Positions 8,039 through 18,651 of a stretch of 64,000 nucleotides of DNA are shown here, piece by piece (the first letter of the stretch is position 1; every line of letters starts with the position of its first letter). A program made the translations under genes and the position numbers. The notes beneath the pieces are model-generated. The model saw nothing but the letters and a program-made list of their open reading frames with translations, was not told where the DNA came from and did not search any database. The stretch is from Muribaculaceae bacterium (lineage in GTDB: Bacteria > Bacteroidota > Bacteroidia > Bacteroidales > Muribaculaceae). Location: positions 192 through 64,191 of the forward strand of contig JAFVPD010000016.1 of NCBI GenBank assembly GCA_017505535.1, read 5' to 3'.

Positions 8039-9136
8039 ATGGCGAAAGGAACAAGAATAATAAAATCAATAGGGATTGCGCTCAATATATTTGTAGCTGC
8101 GATGCTCTTGATTTCGGCCTATGCAGGTTGCATTAATCCTTCGTCATTGGCCATTTCAGCCACAATCAACATGTCGTTTCCAATATGGATATCAATAGCA
8201 TTAATCGTTCTAATCATTGATATTCTCACGTATCGTAAAATGGCATTTATACCTCTCTCGGCTTTTATTTTGAGTGCCGGGCCTCTTTACAACTATAGTC
8301 CGTTCAACATTTCGACCAAACAATTATCCCGCTCAGAGAAGTTTCACTCATTCAAGCTACTGACCTACAACGTTTTGAACTTTAAAAATCGTAAGGGAAA
8401 TTATCCCAAAGACACCAATCCCACGATAAGTTACATCTTATCAACCGATGCCGACATAGTGTGCCTTCAAGAATGTGAATACTTTCAACCACTTGAACAA
8501 TTCAATGTGGCTGCGACACAAATAGACTCACTTCGCCAACGTTATCCTCATCGATGGATAGGGACTTCAGGTCAATCAATTTTATCAAAATTCCCAATAA
8601 CCCCCATCAATTTAGGGATTGATGATGACGACAAACGTGACATAGCGGCCTACCTCGTTGAAGCAAACAACCGCATATTAACAGTCTATAATGTACATCT
8701 ACGCTCATTCGGGTTTACCGGAGAAGACAAACAATTTTACAACGACTTGACAACCTTTAGTGGCAAGGAAGAGTTTTCACAAGTAAAGCCCAAACTCATC
8801 TCCAAGCTCAATGCGGCAGCACGACATCGTGCACGTCAAGCACGTCTATTAAAAGCGCACATTGATAAAACTGGAGGAAACATCATTGTTTGCGGGGACT
8901 TTAATGATACTCCCAACTGCTATGCAATACGCACCATCTCAGGCGATTGCATGCACGATGCATACGTTGAAAATGCATTCGGGCCAACAATCACATATAA
9001 TGCCGATCGTTTTTACTTTCGCATAGACCATGTTCTATATAAAGGGGCACTTGAGGCAGTCAACATAGAACGAGGCTCACAAGACTACTCCGATCATTAT
9101 CCACTGCTCACAACATTTTTGTGGCAAGAAAACTAA
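8039..9136 (+). CDS. Endonuclease/exonuclease/phosphatase (EEP) family membrane protein
   Basis: 365 aa with N-terminal TM helices. EEP signatures are LLTYNV, CLQE and SDHYPL. Confidence 0.85.
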   Translation: MAKGTRIIKSIGIALNIFVAAMLLISAYAGCINPSSLAISATINMSFPIWISIALIVLIIDILTYRKMAFIPLSAFILSAGPLYNYSPFNISTKQLSRSEKFHSFKLLTYNVLNFKNRKGNYPKDTNPTISYILSTDADIVCLQECEYFQPLEQFNVAATQIDSLRQRYPHRWIGTSGQSILSKFPITPINLGIDDDDKRDIAAYLVEANNRILTVYNVHLRSFGFTGEDKQFYNDLTTFSGKEEFSQVKPKLISKLNAAARHRARQARLLKAHIDKTGGNIIVCGDFNDTPNCYAIRTISGDCMHDAYVENAFGPTITYNADRFYFRIDHVLYKGALEAVNIERGSQDYSDHYPLLTTFLWQEN

Positions 9137-9183
9137 TTATTTAAATATCAAATTATTAATTACATAAATATAGTGCAACACTC

Positions 9184-11301
9184 ATGAAACAAAAATTATT
9201 AACCATCGCAGCATCGGCATGTGCCATTGTTGCGTTAAACACTTCATGTCAAGTGGATTCAAAAACATCAAACCCATTTATTGAGGAGTACACAACTCCT
9301 TATGAAATCCCTCCCTTTGAGGAAATTGCCTACGAGCATTATCTCCCGGCTTTTAACGAAGGCATCAAACAACAAAAAGCCGAAATTCAAGCTATTATCA
9401 ACAACCCCGAAACTCCAACTTTTGAAAATACCATTCTTGCAATGGATATGTCGGGCGAATTGCTTGAAAAAGTAGCAATGGTGTTCTTTGCCCTCACTGA
9501 GTCAAATTCATCACCCGAAATGATACAAATTTCAGAAGAAGTGATGCCACTTTATTCACAACACTCTGATGAAATCATGATGAATGATTCTCTTTTCCAA
9601 CGCGTTAAATATCTTTATGATCGCATTGATAGCGTTGAATACACCACAGCTCAACGCCGTTGCATCGAGGATTCTTACAAATCATTCACCCGCAATGGAG
9701 CCCTTCTTAATGCCGAACAAAAAGAAGAGTTGATGAAACTCAACCTCGCATTGACCGATCTTCACCTCAAATACAACAAAAACATATTAACTGCCACAAA
9801 CGCATTTGAGCTTGTAGTCACCGACTCAACTCAACTTGCTGGGTTGTCGGCTTCAAACATCGCTGTTGCCGCAGAGGAAGCTGCAAAACGTGGGCACAAC
9901 AATGCATGGGTATTCACTCTTCACGCCCCAAGCCGCTTGCCATTGCTTCAATTTGCCGACAATCGTGACCTTCGCAAGCAAATGTATGAAGGCTACATTA
10001 CACTTGCGTCAAAAGATTCAACCGACAACAAACCCATCATCAAAGAAATCGTAAAAAATCGCGTTAAGAAAGCTAATCTGCTTGGCTACAACTCTTATGC
10101 CGACTACATGACTGAAAATGTAATGGCCAAAACAGTTGAAAATGCCGAAAACCTTCTCATGAAAATTTGGGAACCAGCAGTAAAACGCGTAAAAGAAGAA
10201 GTTGCTGAAATGCAAGCAATTGTAGATGCCGAAGGAGGAAACTTTAAAATTGCTCCTTGGGACTATTACTACTATGCCGAAAAAGTGCGCAAACAAAAAT
10301 ATGACCTTGATGAAAATGTTGTTCGCGAATACTTTGCATGCGACAGCGTCCTCAAAGGCGTGTTCCACATGGCCAATCGTCTCTATGGCATCACATTCAC
10401 CGAAATGCCCGATGCGCCAAAATACCACAACGAGGTAAAAGTTTATGACGTTACCGATCAAAACGGCGAACATGTAGCAGTGTTTATGACCGACTACTTC
10501 CCTCGCGAATCAAAGCGTCAAGGTGCATGGATGAGCGAATTTAAAGGCTCATATATTAAAGATGATGGCACCAAAGTGAGACCGGTTATATACAATGTAG
10601 GAAACTTCTCTAAACCAACTGCCGAAACTCCATCACTTCTCACTCTTGACGAAGTTGAAACAATGTTCCATGAATTTGGACATGGTCTTCATGGAATGTT
10701 GAGCCGCGCTCAATACAAGGCACAATCCGGAACCAATGTTGACCGCGACTTTGTCGAACTCCCCTCTCAAATTCACGAACATTGGGCAATGGAGCCAGAG
10801 CTCATCAAAGTATATGCTCGTCACTATAAAACCGGCGAAGTAATGCCCGATGAACTCATCGCAAAACTCCAAGCATCTTCAACTCACAACCAAGGTTTTG
10901 CCACTACCGAGCTTGCAGGAGCAGCCCTTCTCGACCTTCAATGGGGTAAAATCAACAGCACCGATGACGTTGATGTAGAAGCATTTGAAAAGATGGTTGC
11001 AGAAAAACTCGGTCTTCCCGCAGAAGTTCAATTCCGCTATCGTAGCACCTACTTTAAACACATCTTTGGTAGCGATGGCTATGCAGCCGGCTACTACACC
11101 TACCTTTGGGCCGAAGTTCTTGATGCCGATGGCTTTGAGCTATTCAAAGAAAAAGGCATCTTTGATCCCGAAACAGCAAAAGCATTTAAAGAAAATGTTC
11201 TTGAAATGGGAGGAAGCGAAGACCCAATGAAACTTTACATCAAATTCCGCGGACAAGAGCCTAATCCCGATGCTCTTCTTCGCAATCGCGGATTAAAATA
11301 A
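9184..11301 (+). CDS. dcp: M3 family peptidyl-dipeptidase (Dcp-like) lipoprotein
   Basis: 705 aa with the zinc motif HEFGHGLH and a lipoprotein-type signal peptide (ALNTSC). Confidence 0.9.
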   Translation: MKQKLLTIAASACAIVALNTSCQVDSKTSNPFIEEYTTPYEIPPFEEIAYEHYLPAFNEGIKQQKAEIQAIINNPETPTFENTILAMDMSGELLEKVAMVFFALTESNSSPEMIQISEEVMPLYSQHSDEIMMNDSLFQRVKYLYDRIDSVEYTTAQRRCIEDSYKSFTRNGALLNAEQKEELMKLNLALTDLHLKYNKNILTATNAFELVVTDSTQLAGLSASNIAVAAEEAAKRGHNNAWVFTLHAPSRLPLLQFADNRDLRKQMYEGYITLASKDSTDNKPIIKEIVKNRVKKANLLGYNSYADYMTENVMAKTVENAENLLMKIWEPAVKRVKEEVAEMQAIVDAEGGNFKIAPWDYYYYAEKVRKQKYDLDENVVREYFACDSVLKGVFHMANRLYGITFTEMPDAPKYHNEVKVYDVTDQNGEHVAVFMTDYFPRESKRQGAWMSEFKGSYIKDDGTKVRPVIYNVGNFSKPTAETPSLLTLDEVETMFHEFGHGLHGMLSRAQYKAQSGTNVDRDFVELPSQIHEHWAMEPELIKVYARHYKTGEVMPDELIAKLQASSTHNQGFATTELAGAALLDLQWGKINSTDDVDVEAFEKMVAEKLGLPAEVQFRYRSTYFKHIFGSDGYAAGYYTYLWAEVLDADGFELFKEKGIFDPETAKAFKENVLEMGGSEDPMKLYIKFRGQEPNPDALLRNRGLK

Positions 11302-11325
11302 TTTAGTCTAAACTAAATATAGAAC

Positions 11326-11359
11326 AATGCGGATAGACTTTCGGGAGTCTATCCGCATT
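11326..11359. terminator. Bidirectional terminator between dcp (+) and the hydrolase gene (-)
   Basis: AATGCGGATAGACT-TTCGGG-AGTCTATCCGCATT forms a 14-bp perfect stem. Confidence 0.85.
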
Positions 11360-11367
11360 TCGTTTAT

Positions 11368-12435
11368 CTACATTATTTCAAGCATTGTAATGGGTTGTTC
11401 CTTAACAGGGTCCATCAAATGGGATTGATATTTAACCTTCTCAAAATCAATCTCATCAAGATCAATACAACGAATTGTATTATTGTAAGATGTTTTGAAA
11501 TAAACTTTGCGATGAGTTAAATCAATTGCCGAAGTCCATTGCGTTGCGCTCGGGATATCAGGTGCTTCGCCAAGAGAATGCTCAATTCCGATGGGTATAT
11601 CAAAATTATTTAATATATGGAAACATTGTAAAACCGTTGGTAATGCTTCAGACTGTTGAGGAGCAGTGGCCCTATAAAATGCAATGCGCACAAATCGAGA
11701 TGGAGGGGTAGCATCACCCGGTAGTCCCAAGAATCCCGAATTTCCACCAATAGGCGACAACGTAATGTTACCCATTTGGCGATTGGGAGCTGAGCCCGGA
11801 AACAGATTCACATAATTATTGAGGTTGGTCAAATGCCACTGAAATCCCGGTGAATTGGTCAATACACCCACGCTATTTTCGTAGAAATTAGGCACACCAT
11901 TCACAATTTCAAGCACAACTTGACGTCCCGAAGGCTCTCCAATGCGATAATGCACAACCGACGCAGCATCAAGGCCAACTATGCGCACGTTTTTAATACC
12001 TTCTTTCACCTCATCAATAGTAGCAAACTGAGACAATATCCAGGTGGGTACTTGTAAATCACCCAAAGAAACATTATTCAGCGATGCATCATAAGGCTCA
12101 TATTGACCATAATGAGGGAAGAAAAACAATCCGGCAGACAATCCGGCCTCATTAATCCCCTCACAAATAAACTCTTTCATCACCACCGACATTCCCACCA
12201 CACCATATCGAGCAGTAAATTCCAATCCATTAATGCCCGATGGGGTGAACGATGTAATTGTCTGACCTCGTGGGATTACCACATATTCACTTTTTAATGC
12301 ACCGGCAGCGGCTTCAATTGTACGAGCTTGAACATAAGAGCCATCTTTTGCCGTTAAGGATATCCCTGTGCAAGCAATTGCTTGCATTGCACCACAACAC
12401 AATACAGCGGTGCCAGCTAAAATTTTTCGGTTCAT
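11368..12435 (-). CDS. Choloylglycine hydrolase / linear amide C-N hydrolase family (bile salt hydrolase-like Ntn hydrolase)
   Basis: 355 aa. The signal peptide ends ...QAIA followed by CTGISL, which provides the N-terminal nucleophile Cys. Confidence 0.85.
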   Translation of the reverse strand: MNRKILAGTAVLCCGAMQAIACTGISLTAKDGSYVQARTIEAAAGALKSEYVVIPRGQTITSFTPSGINGLEFTARYGVVGMSVVMKEFICEGINEAGLSAGLFFFPHYGQYEPYDASLNNVSLGDLQVPTWILSQFATIDEVKEGIKNVRIVGLDAASVVHYRIGEPSGRQVVLEIVNGVPNFYENSVGVLTNSPGFQWHLTNLNNYVNLFPGSAPNRQMGNITLSPIGGNSGFLGLPGDATPPSRFVRIAFYRATAPQQSEALPTVLQCFHILNNFDIPIGIEHSLGEAPDIPSATQWTSAIDLTHRKVYFKTSYNNTIRCIDLDEIDFEKVKYQSHLMDPVKEQPITMLEIM

Positions 12436-12590
12436 AGTAACAATATAGGTTTAATCACTTTATGGCATTATAACACCTCATCATTCACTAAGTTCAACAT
12501 TACAAGTTATAACTTCTAAAATCGCCCCAAATTTTAGTTTATTTTTTAGGGTTTTTGCGTTCTACATAACGAGACTTTGGGAATAATGCG

Positions 12591-12598
12591 TAACTTTG
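12591..12598 (+). promoter_or_regulatory. -7 box (TAACTTTG) for tamB
   Basis: Matches TAnnTTTG, 16 nt upstream of the ATG at 12614. Confidence 0.45.
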
Positions 12599-12613
12599 TA
12601 GTTTAAATTAGAT

Positions 12614-15600
12614 ATGAAGCGCACCTATAAAATAATACGAGCTATTCTTGTAGTTCTGTTGGTTTTAATACTATTAATACCAGCAGCACTATATGTCGTT
12701 ATGGCCACACCTCCATTTCAAGAAAAAGTGCGAGAAATAGGCCAAGAAGAGTTAACCAAACTTCTTGGTTCAGATGTAACTATCGGCTCCGTCACTTTTA
12801 CACCATATAACAAAGTCGCATTGCGAGATGTACTCATCAAAGATGACAAGGGAGACACCGCCGCCTATATCAAACGATTGGGAGCAGGGATAGACCTTCA
12901 TGCACTTCTCATTGATGAGAGAATTTCAGTCAACTATGCCGAACTGATAGGGCTTGATGCACGTTTATACAAAGAAACTCCTCAATCTCAATTAAATATA
13001 CAATCAATCATTGATGCCCTATCCCCAAAAGATAAAAACAAGCCTCCTACTAAATTTGATTTAAAAGTAAACAACATTGTAATTCGCAACTCAAGTGTGA
13101 AATATGATGTATTGTCGGAAGCAATCGACAGTTTAAAGCTTGACGTCAACCACATACTCATTTCCGATTTTAATGCCGACGTCAGACTGCCTCGCATTAA
13201 AAACGACGATTTCACTGCCGAAGTTAAGAGATTTACCCTTAGAGAGAAATCGGGATTGACGTTGAGCAATCTTAGTGGAGACTTCCACATCACCAACAAC
13301 GGCTCTACTCTTCAAAGCCTATCAATACAGTTTCCCGAATCGCACATAACATTTGCCGACATCGAACTAAATTATGATGGTTGGAACAATTTGTTGCAAG
13401 GACTCAAGCAACATAGCGTCACATTAAAGACACTTAATAACAGCCACGTTTCGTTATCAGATTTCAGGGGACTTTCTCCCGCATTGGAAAACTTTGACGC
13501 AACCCTCTCTCTTGAAATCGATATAACCGGCACACTTGACACACTCTCAATAAACGAATTAGCAATATCCTCACAAGAGGAAAACATATCTCTCACGGTA
13601 AACGGCACTCTAAACAACATCATGAACGTCGATTCAATCAGAGCCGACATAAAAGAGTTGTCACTCAAAGGATATGGCTCGGATATTGCTGACATTCTTT
13701 TGCTTAATCGCAAAATATCACCTAAAGGAGCGTCGGTACTATCCAAACTCGGCCAAATATCTTTTGATGGCAAAATAAAAGGGACTCCACATTTTGCTGA
13801 TGTTGATGGATATTTGAACACCTCAAACGGAAATGTCGCATTGCACACTCAAATAGTGCGACCATTACGCTCTAAGACTATTACCTTCACCGGGAAAATA
13901 GACGGCAACGACGTAAACATCGGGAATATTATCTCCAACAACGATTTAGGTAAAATCAGTGCGACAGTCAATCATAACATCACGTTACTCCCCAACGCCA
14001 TAAAAGGGAATATTAGCAGCGAAGTGACACAAGCCGAATACAAAGGGTATTGCTATTCGGGCCTCAACACACTCATTAATCTTGACGACAACAAGATTGA
14101 TGGCTCGCTAAACATTGCTGATAATAATATCAATCTCACCCTTGCCGGGGAGGCTATTCTCAATGACGGAATTCCTGAAATAGACATACATCTCGATGCA
14201 AACGATATTGCATTTGATAGATTAAACTTATCAAACAAGTATCCGGGATACAAGCTATCGGCCTCAATAGATGCCATTTATACCGGCAAAACTTTTGATG
14301 ACGCTTCGGCCTTGCTAACAATAAACGGGCTAACGTATCTCACTGATGACAATATCGGGCTTAATGTGGAGAATATCAACATTGAGATGGACAATACTAT
14401 GGAGCCTCACCACATCAACATCAACTCAGACCTTGTTGATGGACTCATTGAAGGGCAATACGACCCGAGTACTATACTACCGGCCGTAATTGACATACTT
14501 GCACAATCATTCCCTGTCATGAATAAGTCGGTTACTAACGATTCTACTCCTACAAATCATAATGACTTGGCCCATAAGAATGACTTTAAATTTAACTTTA
14601 CAATTAAAGATAACAACCAATTAACCGACTTCATCAAATCACCGGTAAGGCTCATTCACCCCATTGAAATTTCGGGAGAGCTCAATCATCAACAGCACAA
14701 GATGTCGTTACTGATTGACATTCCCTATTTAGACCAGAACTACAAGCTCATCAAAAACAGTTCAATACATCTTGACATTGACGACACTATCGACAAATGC
14801 CAATTCTATGCAACTACCCTATTCCCCACAAAAAATGGCGATGCCGAAATAGCGATTGCATGCTACGGCAATGATAATCGTCTTGACACCGATATATCAT
14901 GGCACATTTTGCGAGAGCGCACATTTAGAGGGAACATTAATTTGTCCACACTTTTTGGCAAACGTGTAAATAGCGATGAAACAGAAACGCTTCTTGCCGA
15001 CGTTAGCATCAATCCCAGTCAAATGATATTCAACGACACAATCTGGTCGGTAAATCCTGCATCAATCCTCATAGAAGGAAATGATGTCACAATTGACGGG
15101 TTTGACGTAAGGCGCGACAATCAATATATAACGCTCAATGGAAAAATATCTCCAAACCCCAACGATGAAATGCGACTAAATCTCTTGAATGTAAATCTCG
15201 ACTACATTTTTGAGACCCTTGCCATTAATAATGTAATGTTTGGAGGTAATGCCACCGGCACATTTATCGCAAAGGATATATTCTCCAAAGAGCCTCAACT
15301 CAGCACGCCCGGCCTCTCGGTTAAAGGATTGAGCTATAACCACGCAGTGCTTGGAGATGCCATAATTGAAAGCCAATGGGTACAAGCCAACAAAGCCGTA
15401 ACCATCGACGCAACAGTCGCACAGGACAACGGTCGCACGTCATATATCAATGGAGAAATCTTCCCCATGAACGATTCACTTGATTTCAAATTCAAAGCCG
15501 ACAAAATAAATGTTGGATTCATGGAGCCATTCATGTCGGCCTTTGCCAAAGATGTCTCAGGATTTGCCTCGGGTGATGCACGCCTATGGGGTACGTTCAA

Positions 15601-17239
15601 ATTCATTGATATGGTAGGCGATATTTATGCCGAAGATCTACGTTTGAAAATCGATTTCACAAATACCTACTATACTGCAACCGACTCGGTACATCTAAAA
15701 CCGGGATATATTGAATTTGACAACATCGACCTATATGATGCCTATGGCAACAATGCCAAGTTGGGCGGCTATCTCAAGCACTACTGCTTCAAACGTCCCG
15801 AATATAACTTTCAAATAACAAATGCCAAAAATTTCCTTTGCTATGACGAAACCGAAAAACGTAGTCCAATATGGTGGGGTCGCATTTTTGGCAACGGAAA
15901 AGCAACTGTCGAGGGAGTTCCGGGAACGGTGAAAATAACGGTAAACATGTCAACCGCACCAAAGTCAAATTTCACATTTGTACTGAGCGATGCTGAGGTC
16001 GCTAATGAATACAATTTCATCACGTTCCGAGATCGCAACAAAGTCAATGGCACATATATCGAACCGGCCATTGACCCAAAACTTGAAAAAGTGAAGCGCT
16101 TGGAAGCTATAATTGAGGAGCGTAAGCGTCAAGACAATACTCCCACAATCTACAACATGGAAATCATCGTTGATGCAAATCCCGATGTGGACATGACATT
16201 GGTCATGGACCCGATAGGTGGTGACTGTATCAAGGCCCATGGAAATGGGAACATCAGAATGACCTACAATTCTCAAAACGAAGATCTTACACTTCACGGC
16301 AAATACACCTTACAAGACGGCAAGTATAATTTCACCCTACAAGACATTATTATAAAAGACTTTATAATCAACTCGGGAAGTTCTATAAAATTTGAGAAAA
16401 ACCCCTACGAAGGCATTCTCGACTTGGTGGCGATATATCCTCTCAACGCCAATCTTAGCGACCTCGACGAGTCGTTCCTACAAGATACCGACCTGAACCG
16501 TACGAATGTCCCGGTTCACGCCGAGATGACGATCAAAGGCTCAATGAGCAGTCCCGATGTGAAATTTGACCTGAAGTTCCCCACACTCTCACAAGATGTA
16601 TATCGCAAAGTGAAAAGTATTGTGAGCACCGACGACATGATGAATCGACAGATTATATATCTACTTGCTCTAAATCGTTTCTACACGCCCGAGTATATGG
16701 CTTCAACGACCAAAGGCAATGAGTTGGTATCGGTTGCATCATCAACAATCTCATCTCACTTGACATCTATGCTCAGTGAATTGAGCGACAATTGGAATTT
16801 TTCGCCAAACTTCCGCAGCGATAAAGGCGACTTCTCCGACGTAGAAGTTGATTTAGCACTATCAAGTAGATTGCTCAACAATCGCTTGCTATTCAATGGC
16901 AACTTTGGCTATCGCGACAAGTCAATGAATAACAACTCTTTCATTGGCGACTTTGACCTGGAATATCTGCTTAATCGCTCCGGAAATGTAAGGCTCAAAG
17001 CCTACAATCGTTATAACGACCAAAACTACTATCTCAAAACCGCACTCACTACTCAAGGTGTAGGTGTTGTGTTCAAACGCGACTTTGACAATATGTTCTC
17101 GTTCCTACGACCTGCAACAAAGAGCGAAAGCGACTCCACCGCAATTCTCAATGACAGCATCGTTGTAAAGCCCGACACAATTGTTATTGCTGATAGTATT
17201 CAACAACCATTAAAAATCAACACCGATAGCATAAAATGA
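12614..17239 (+). CDS. tamB: Translocation/assembly module TamB-like protein
   Basis: 1541 aa with an N-terminal signal anchor, long beta-rich repeats, and a DUF490-like C-terminus (...GNFGYRDK...LKAYNRYNDQNYY). Confidence 0.8.
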   Translation: MKRTYKIIRAILVVLLVLILLIPAALYVVMATPPFQEKVREIGQEELTKLLGSDVTIGSVTFTPYNKVALRDVLIKDDKGDTAAYIKRLGAGIDLHALLIDERISVNYAELIGLDARLYKETPQSQLNIQSIIDALSPKDKNKPPTKFDLKVNNIVIRNSSVKYDVLSEAIDSLKLDVNHILISDFNADVRLPRIKNDDFTAEVKRFTLREKSGLTLSNLSGDFHITNNGSTLQSLSIQFPESHITFADIELNYDGWNNLLQGLKQHSVTLKTLNNSHVSLSDFRGLSPALENFDATLSLEIDITGTLDTLSINELAISSQEENISLTVNGTLNNIMNVDSIRADIKELSLKGYGSDIADILLLNRKISPKGASVLSKLGQISFDGKIKGTPHFADVDGYLNTSNGNVALHTQIVRPLRSKTITFTGKIDGNDVNIGNIISNNDLGKISATVNHNITLLPNAIKGNISSEVTQAEYKGYCYSGLNTLINLDDNKIDGSLNIADNNINLTLAGEAILNDGIPEIDIHLDANDIAFDRLNLSNKYPGYKLSASIDAIYTGKTFDDASALLTINGLTYLTDDNIGLNVENINIEMDNTMEPHHININSDLVDGLIEGQYDPSTILPAVIDILAQSFPVMNKSVTNDSTPTNHNDLAHKNDFKFNFTIKDNNQLTDFIKSPVRLIHPIEISGELNHQQHKMSLLIDIPYLDQNYKLIKNSSIHLDIDDTIDKCQFYATTLFPTKNGDAEIAIACYGNDNRLDTDISWHILRERTFRGNINLSTLFGKRVNSDETETLLADVSINPSQMIFNDTIWSVNPASILIEGNDVTIDGFDVRRDNQYITLNGKISPNPNDEMRLNLLNVNLDYIFETLAINNVMFGGNATGTFIAKDIFSKEPQLSTPGLSVKGLSYNHAVLGDAIIESQWVQANKAVTIDATVAQDNGRTSYINGEIFPMNDSLDFKFKADKINVGFMEPFMSAFAKDVSGFASGDARLWGTFKFIDMVGDIYAEDLRLKIDFTNTYYTATDSVHLKPGYIEFDNIDLYDAYGNNAKLGGYLKHYCFKRPEYNFQITNAKNFLCYDETEKRSPIWWGRIFGNGKATVEGVPGTVKITVNMSTAPKSNFTFVLSDAEVANEYNFITFRDRNKVNGTYIEPAIDPKLEKVKRLEAIIEERKRQDNTPTIYNMEIIVDANPDVDMTLVMDPIGGDCIKAHGNGNIRMTYNSQNEDLTLHGKYTLQDGKYNFTLQDIIIKDFIINSGSSIKFEKNPYEGILDLVAIYPLNANLSDLDESFLQDTDLNRTNVPVHAEMTIKGSMSSPDVKFDLKFPTLSQDVYRKVKSIVSTDDMMNRQIIYLLALNRFYTPEYMASTTKGNELVSVASSTISSHLTSMLSELSDNWNFSPNFRSDKGDFSDVEVDLALSSRLLNNRLLFNGNFGYRDKSMNNNSFIGDFDLEYLLNRSGNVRLKAYNRYNDQNYYLKTALTTQGVGVVFKRDFDNMFSFLRPATKSESDSTAILNDSIVVKPDTIVIADSIQQPLKINTDSIK

Positions 17240-18642
17240 CAGTAATCAATGCTATAAACGAAATAATGTGGACCTATTTCTTAATTGCAATTCTGTTGGG
17301 TACTGCATTATATTTTTCAATACGCACTCGTTGGGCGCAATTCCGTTTCATGAAAGAAATGGTAAAGCTATTAATTCATTCAGGCAAAAGCAACAACGAT
17401 GCTCGCGATGCCGACAATGGCAAGAACAAGACTGTCAGTTCGTTTCAAGCATTCGCTGTATCAATTGCAAGTCGTGTTGGCACAGGGAACCTTGCCGGTG
17501 TAGCAACCGCAATAGCCATTGGCGGACCCGGAGCAGTGTTTTGGATGTGGGTTATTGCATTATTGGGCTCGGCCAATGCATTTATAGAATCAACTCTTGC
17601 TCAATTATACAAGGTTAAAGGCAAAGATTCATTCATGGGTGGACCCGCCTACTACATAAAATATGGGATTGGGAAAAATTGGTATGCAATACTATTTGCC
17701 GTACTCATTTCTGTGACATTTGGTCTGGCCTACAACTCAGTTCAATCAAACACCATTGCAGCTGCAACTTTTGCCGAATTTGGAATTCCGACAACCACTA
17801 CAGGCATTGTTTTAACCATACTTTCATTGGTGATAATATGTGGTGGCATTCAACGCATATCACGATTTAGCGAAATAATAGTGCCTATAATGGCAATTCT
17901 TTATATCCTGCTAGCCCTGTTTATCATTGGTATAAATATCACAAAGCTACCCGATGTCATCGTATTAATTGTCTCTGATGCATTTGACTTCTCATCGGCC
18001 ATTGGTGGCGGAATGGGAATGGCGATGCTCATGGGAATAAAGCGCGGATTGTTTAGCAACGAAGCCGGCGAAGGCTCAGCTCCCAACGTTGCAGCAACAG
18101 CATCGGTGAGCCACCCTGTGAAACAAGGATTGATACAAACTCTTGCGGTTTATACCGACACACTCATCGTGTGTAGCTGTACTGCTTTCATAATTATCTT
18201 CAGTGGTATATACAACAACGGCTCAACCGGCATTGAGCTCACTCAAAACGCGCTACAACAAGAAGTTGGGTCCATCGGATCGTTATTTGTTGCAGTAGCC
18301 ATTTTCTTGTTTGCGTTCACCAGCATAGTGGGTAACTATTACTACGGCGAAACAAACATACAATTCATCACCCAACGTAAATGGGTGCTCAATGTCTATC
18401 GTTTGGCTGTTGGGGCAATGGTTATGATTGGTGCTGTGTCACAACTTGATTTTGTGTGGGCATTGGCCGATATCACAATGGGACTAATGACATTGTGCAA
18501 CCTCATAGCTATCATGATATTAGGCAAATATGCCATAAAATTGCTCAACGACTATCAGTCACAGAAATTACGTGGGTATGACCCCACCTATCATTCATCG
18601 ACAATTCCCGAAATCGCCGACAAAACCAAGTGTTGGGATTAA
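17236..18642 (+). CDS. Alanine/glycine:cation symporter (AGCS family)
   Basis: 468 aa, polytopic, with the GGPGAVFWMW motif. Its ATG overlaps the tamB stop codon (ATGA). Confidence 0.9.
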   Translation: MTVINAINEIMWTYFLIAILLGTALYFSIRTRWAQFRFMKEMVKLLIHSGKSNNDARDADNGKNKTVSSFQAFAVSIASRVGTGNLAGVATAIAIGGPGAVFWMWVIALLGSANAFIESTLAQLYKVKGKDSFMGGPAYYIKYGIGKNWYAILFAVLISVTFGLAYNSVQSNTIAAATFAEFGIPTTTTGIVLTILSLVIICGGIQRISRFSEIIVPIMAILYILLALFIIGINITKLPDVIVLIVSDAFDFSSAIGGGMGMAMLMGIKRGLFSNEAGEGSAPNVAATASVSHPVKQGLIQTLAVYTDTLIVCSCTAFIIIFSGIYNNGSTGIELTQNALQQEVGSIGSLFVAVAIFLFAFTSIVGNYYYGETNIQFITQRKWVLNVYRLAVGAMVMIGAVSQLDFVWALADITMGLMTLCNLIAIMILGKYAIKLLNDYQSQKLRGYDPTYHSSTIPEIADKTKCWD

Positions 18643-18651
18643 AAAAACCTT

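Noticed and set aside
10018-10473. 151-aa minus-strand ORF inside dcp. The same class includes 21655-22128, 25278-25670, 28377-28853, 42901-43407, 54476-54883 and 63706-63987.
   Set aside because: These are antisense or alternative-frame shadow ORFs inside long genes with clear family motifs. None has a promoter or signal feature of its own.
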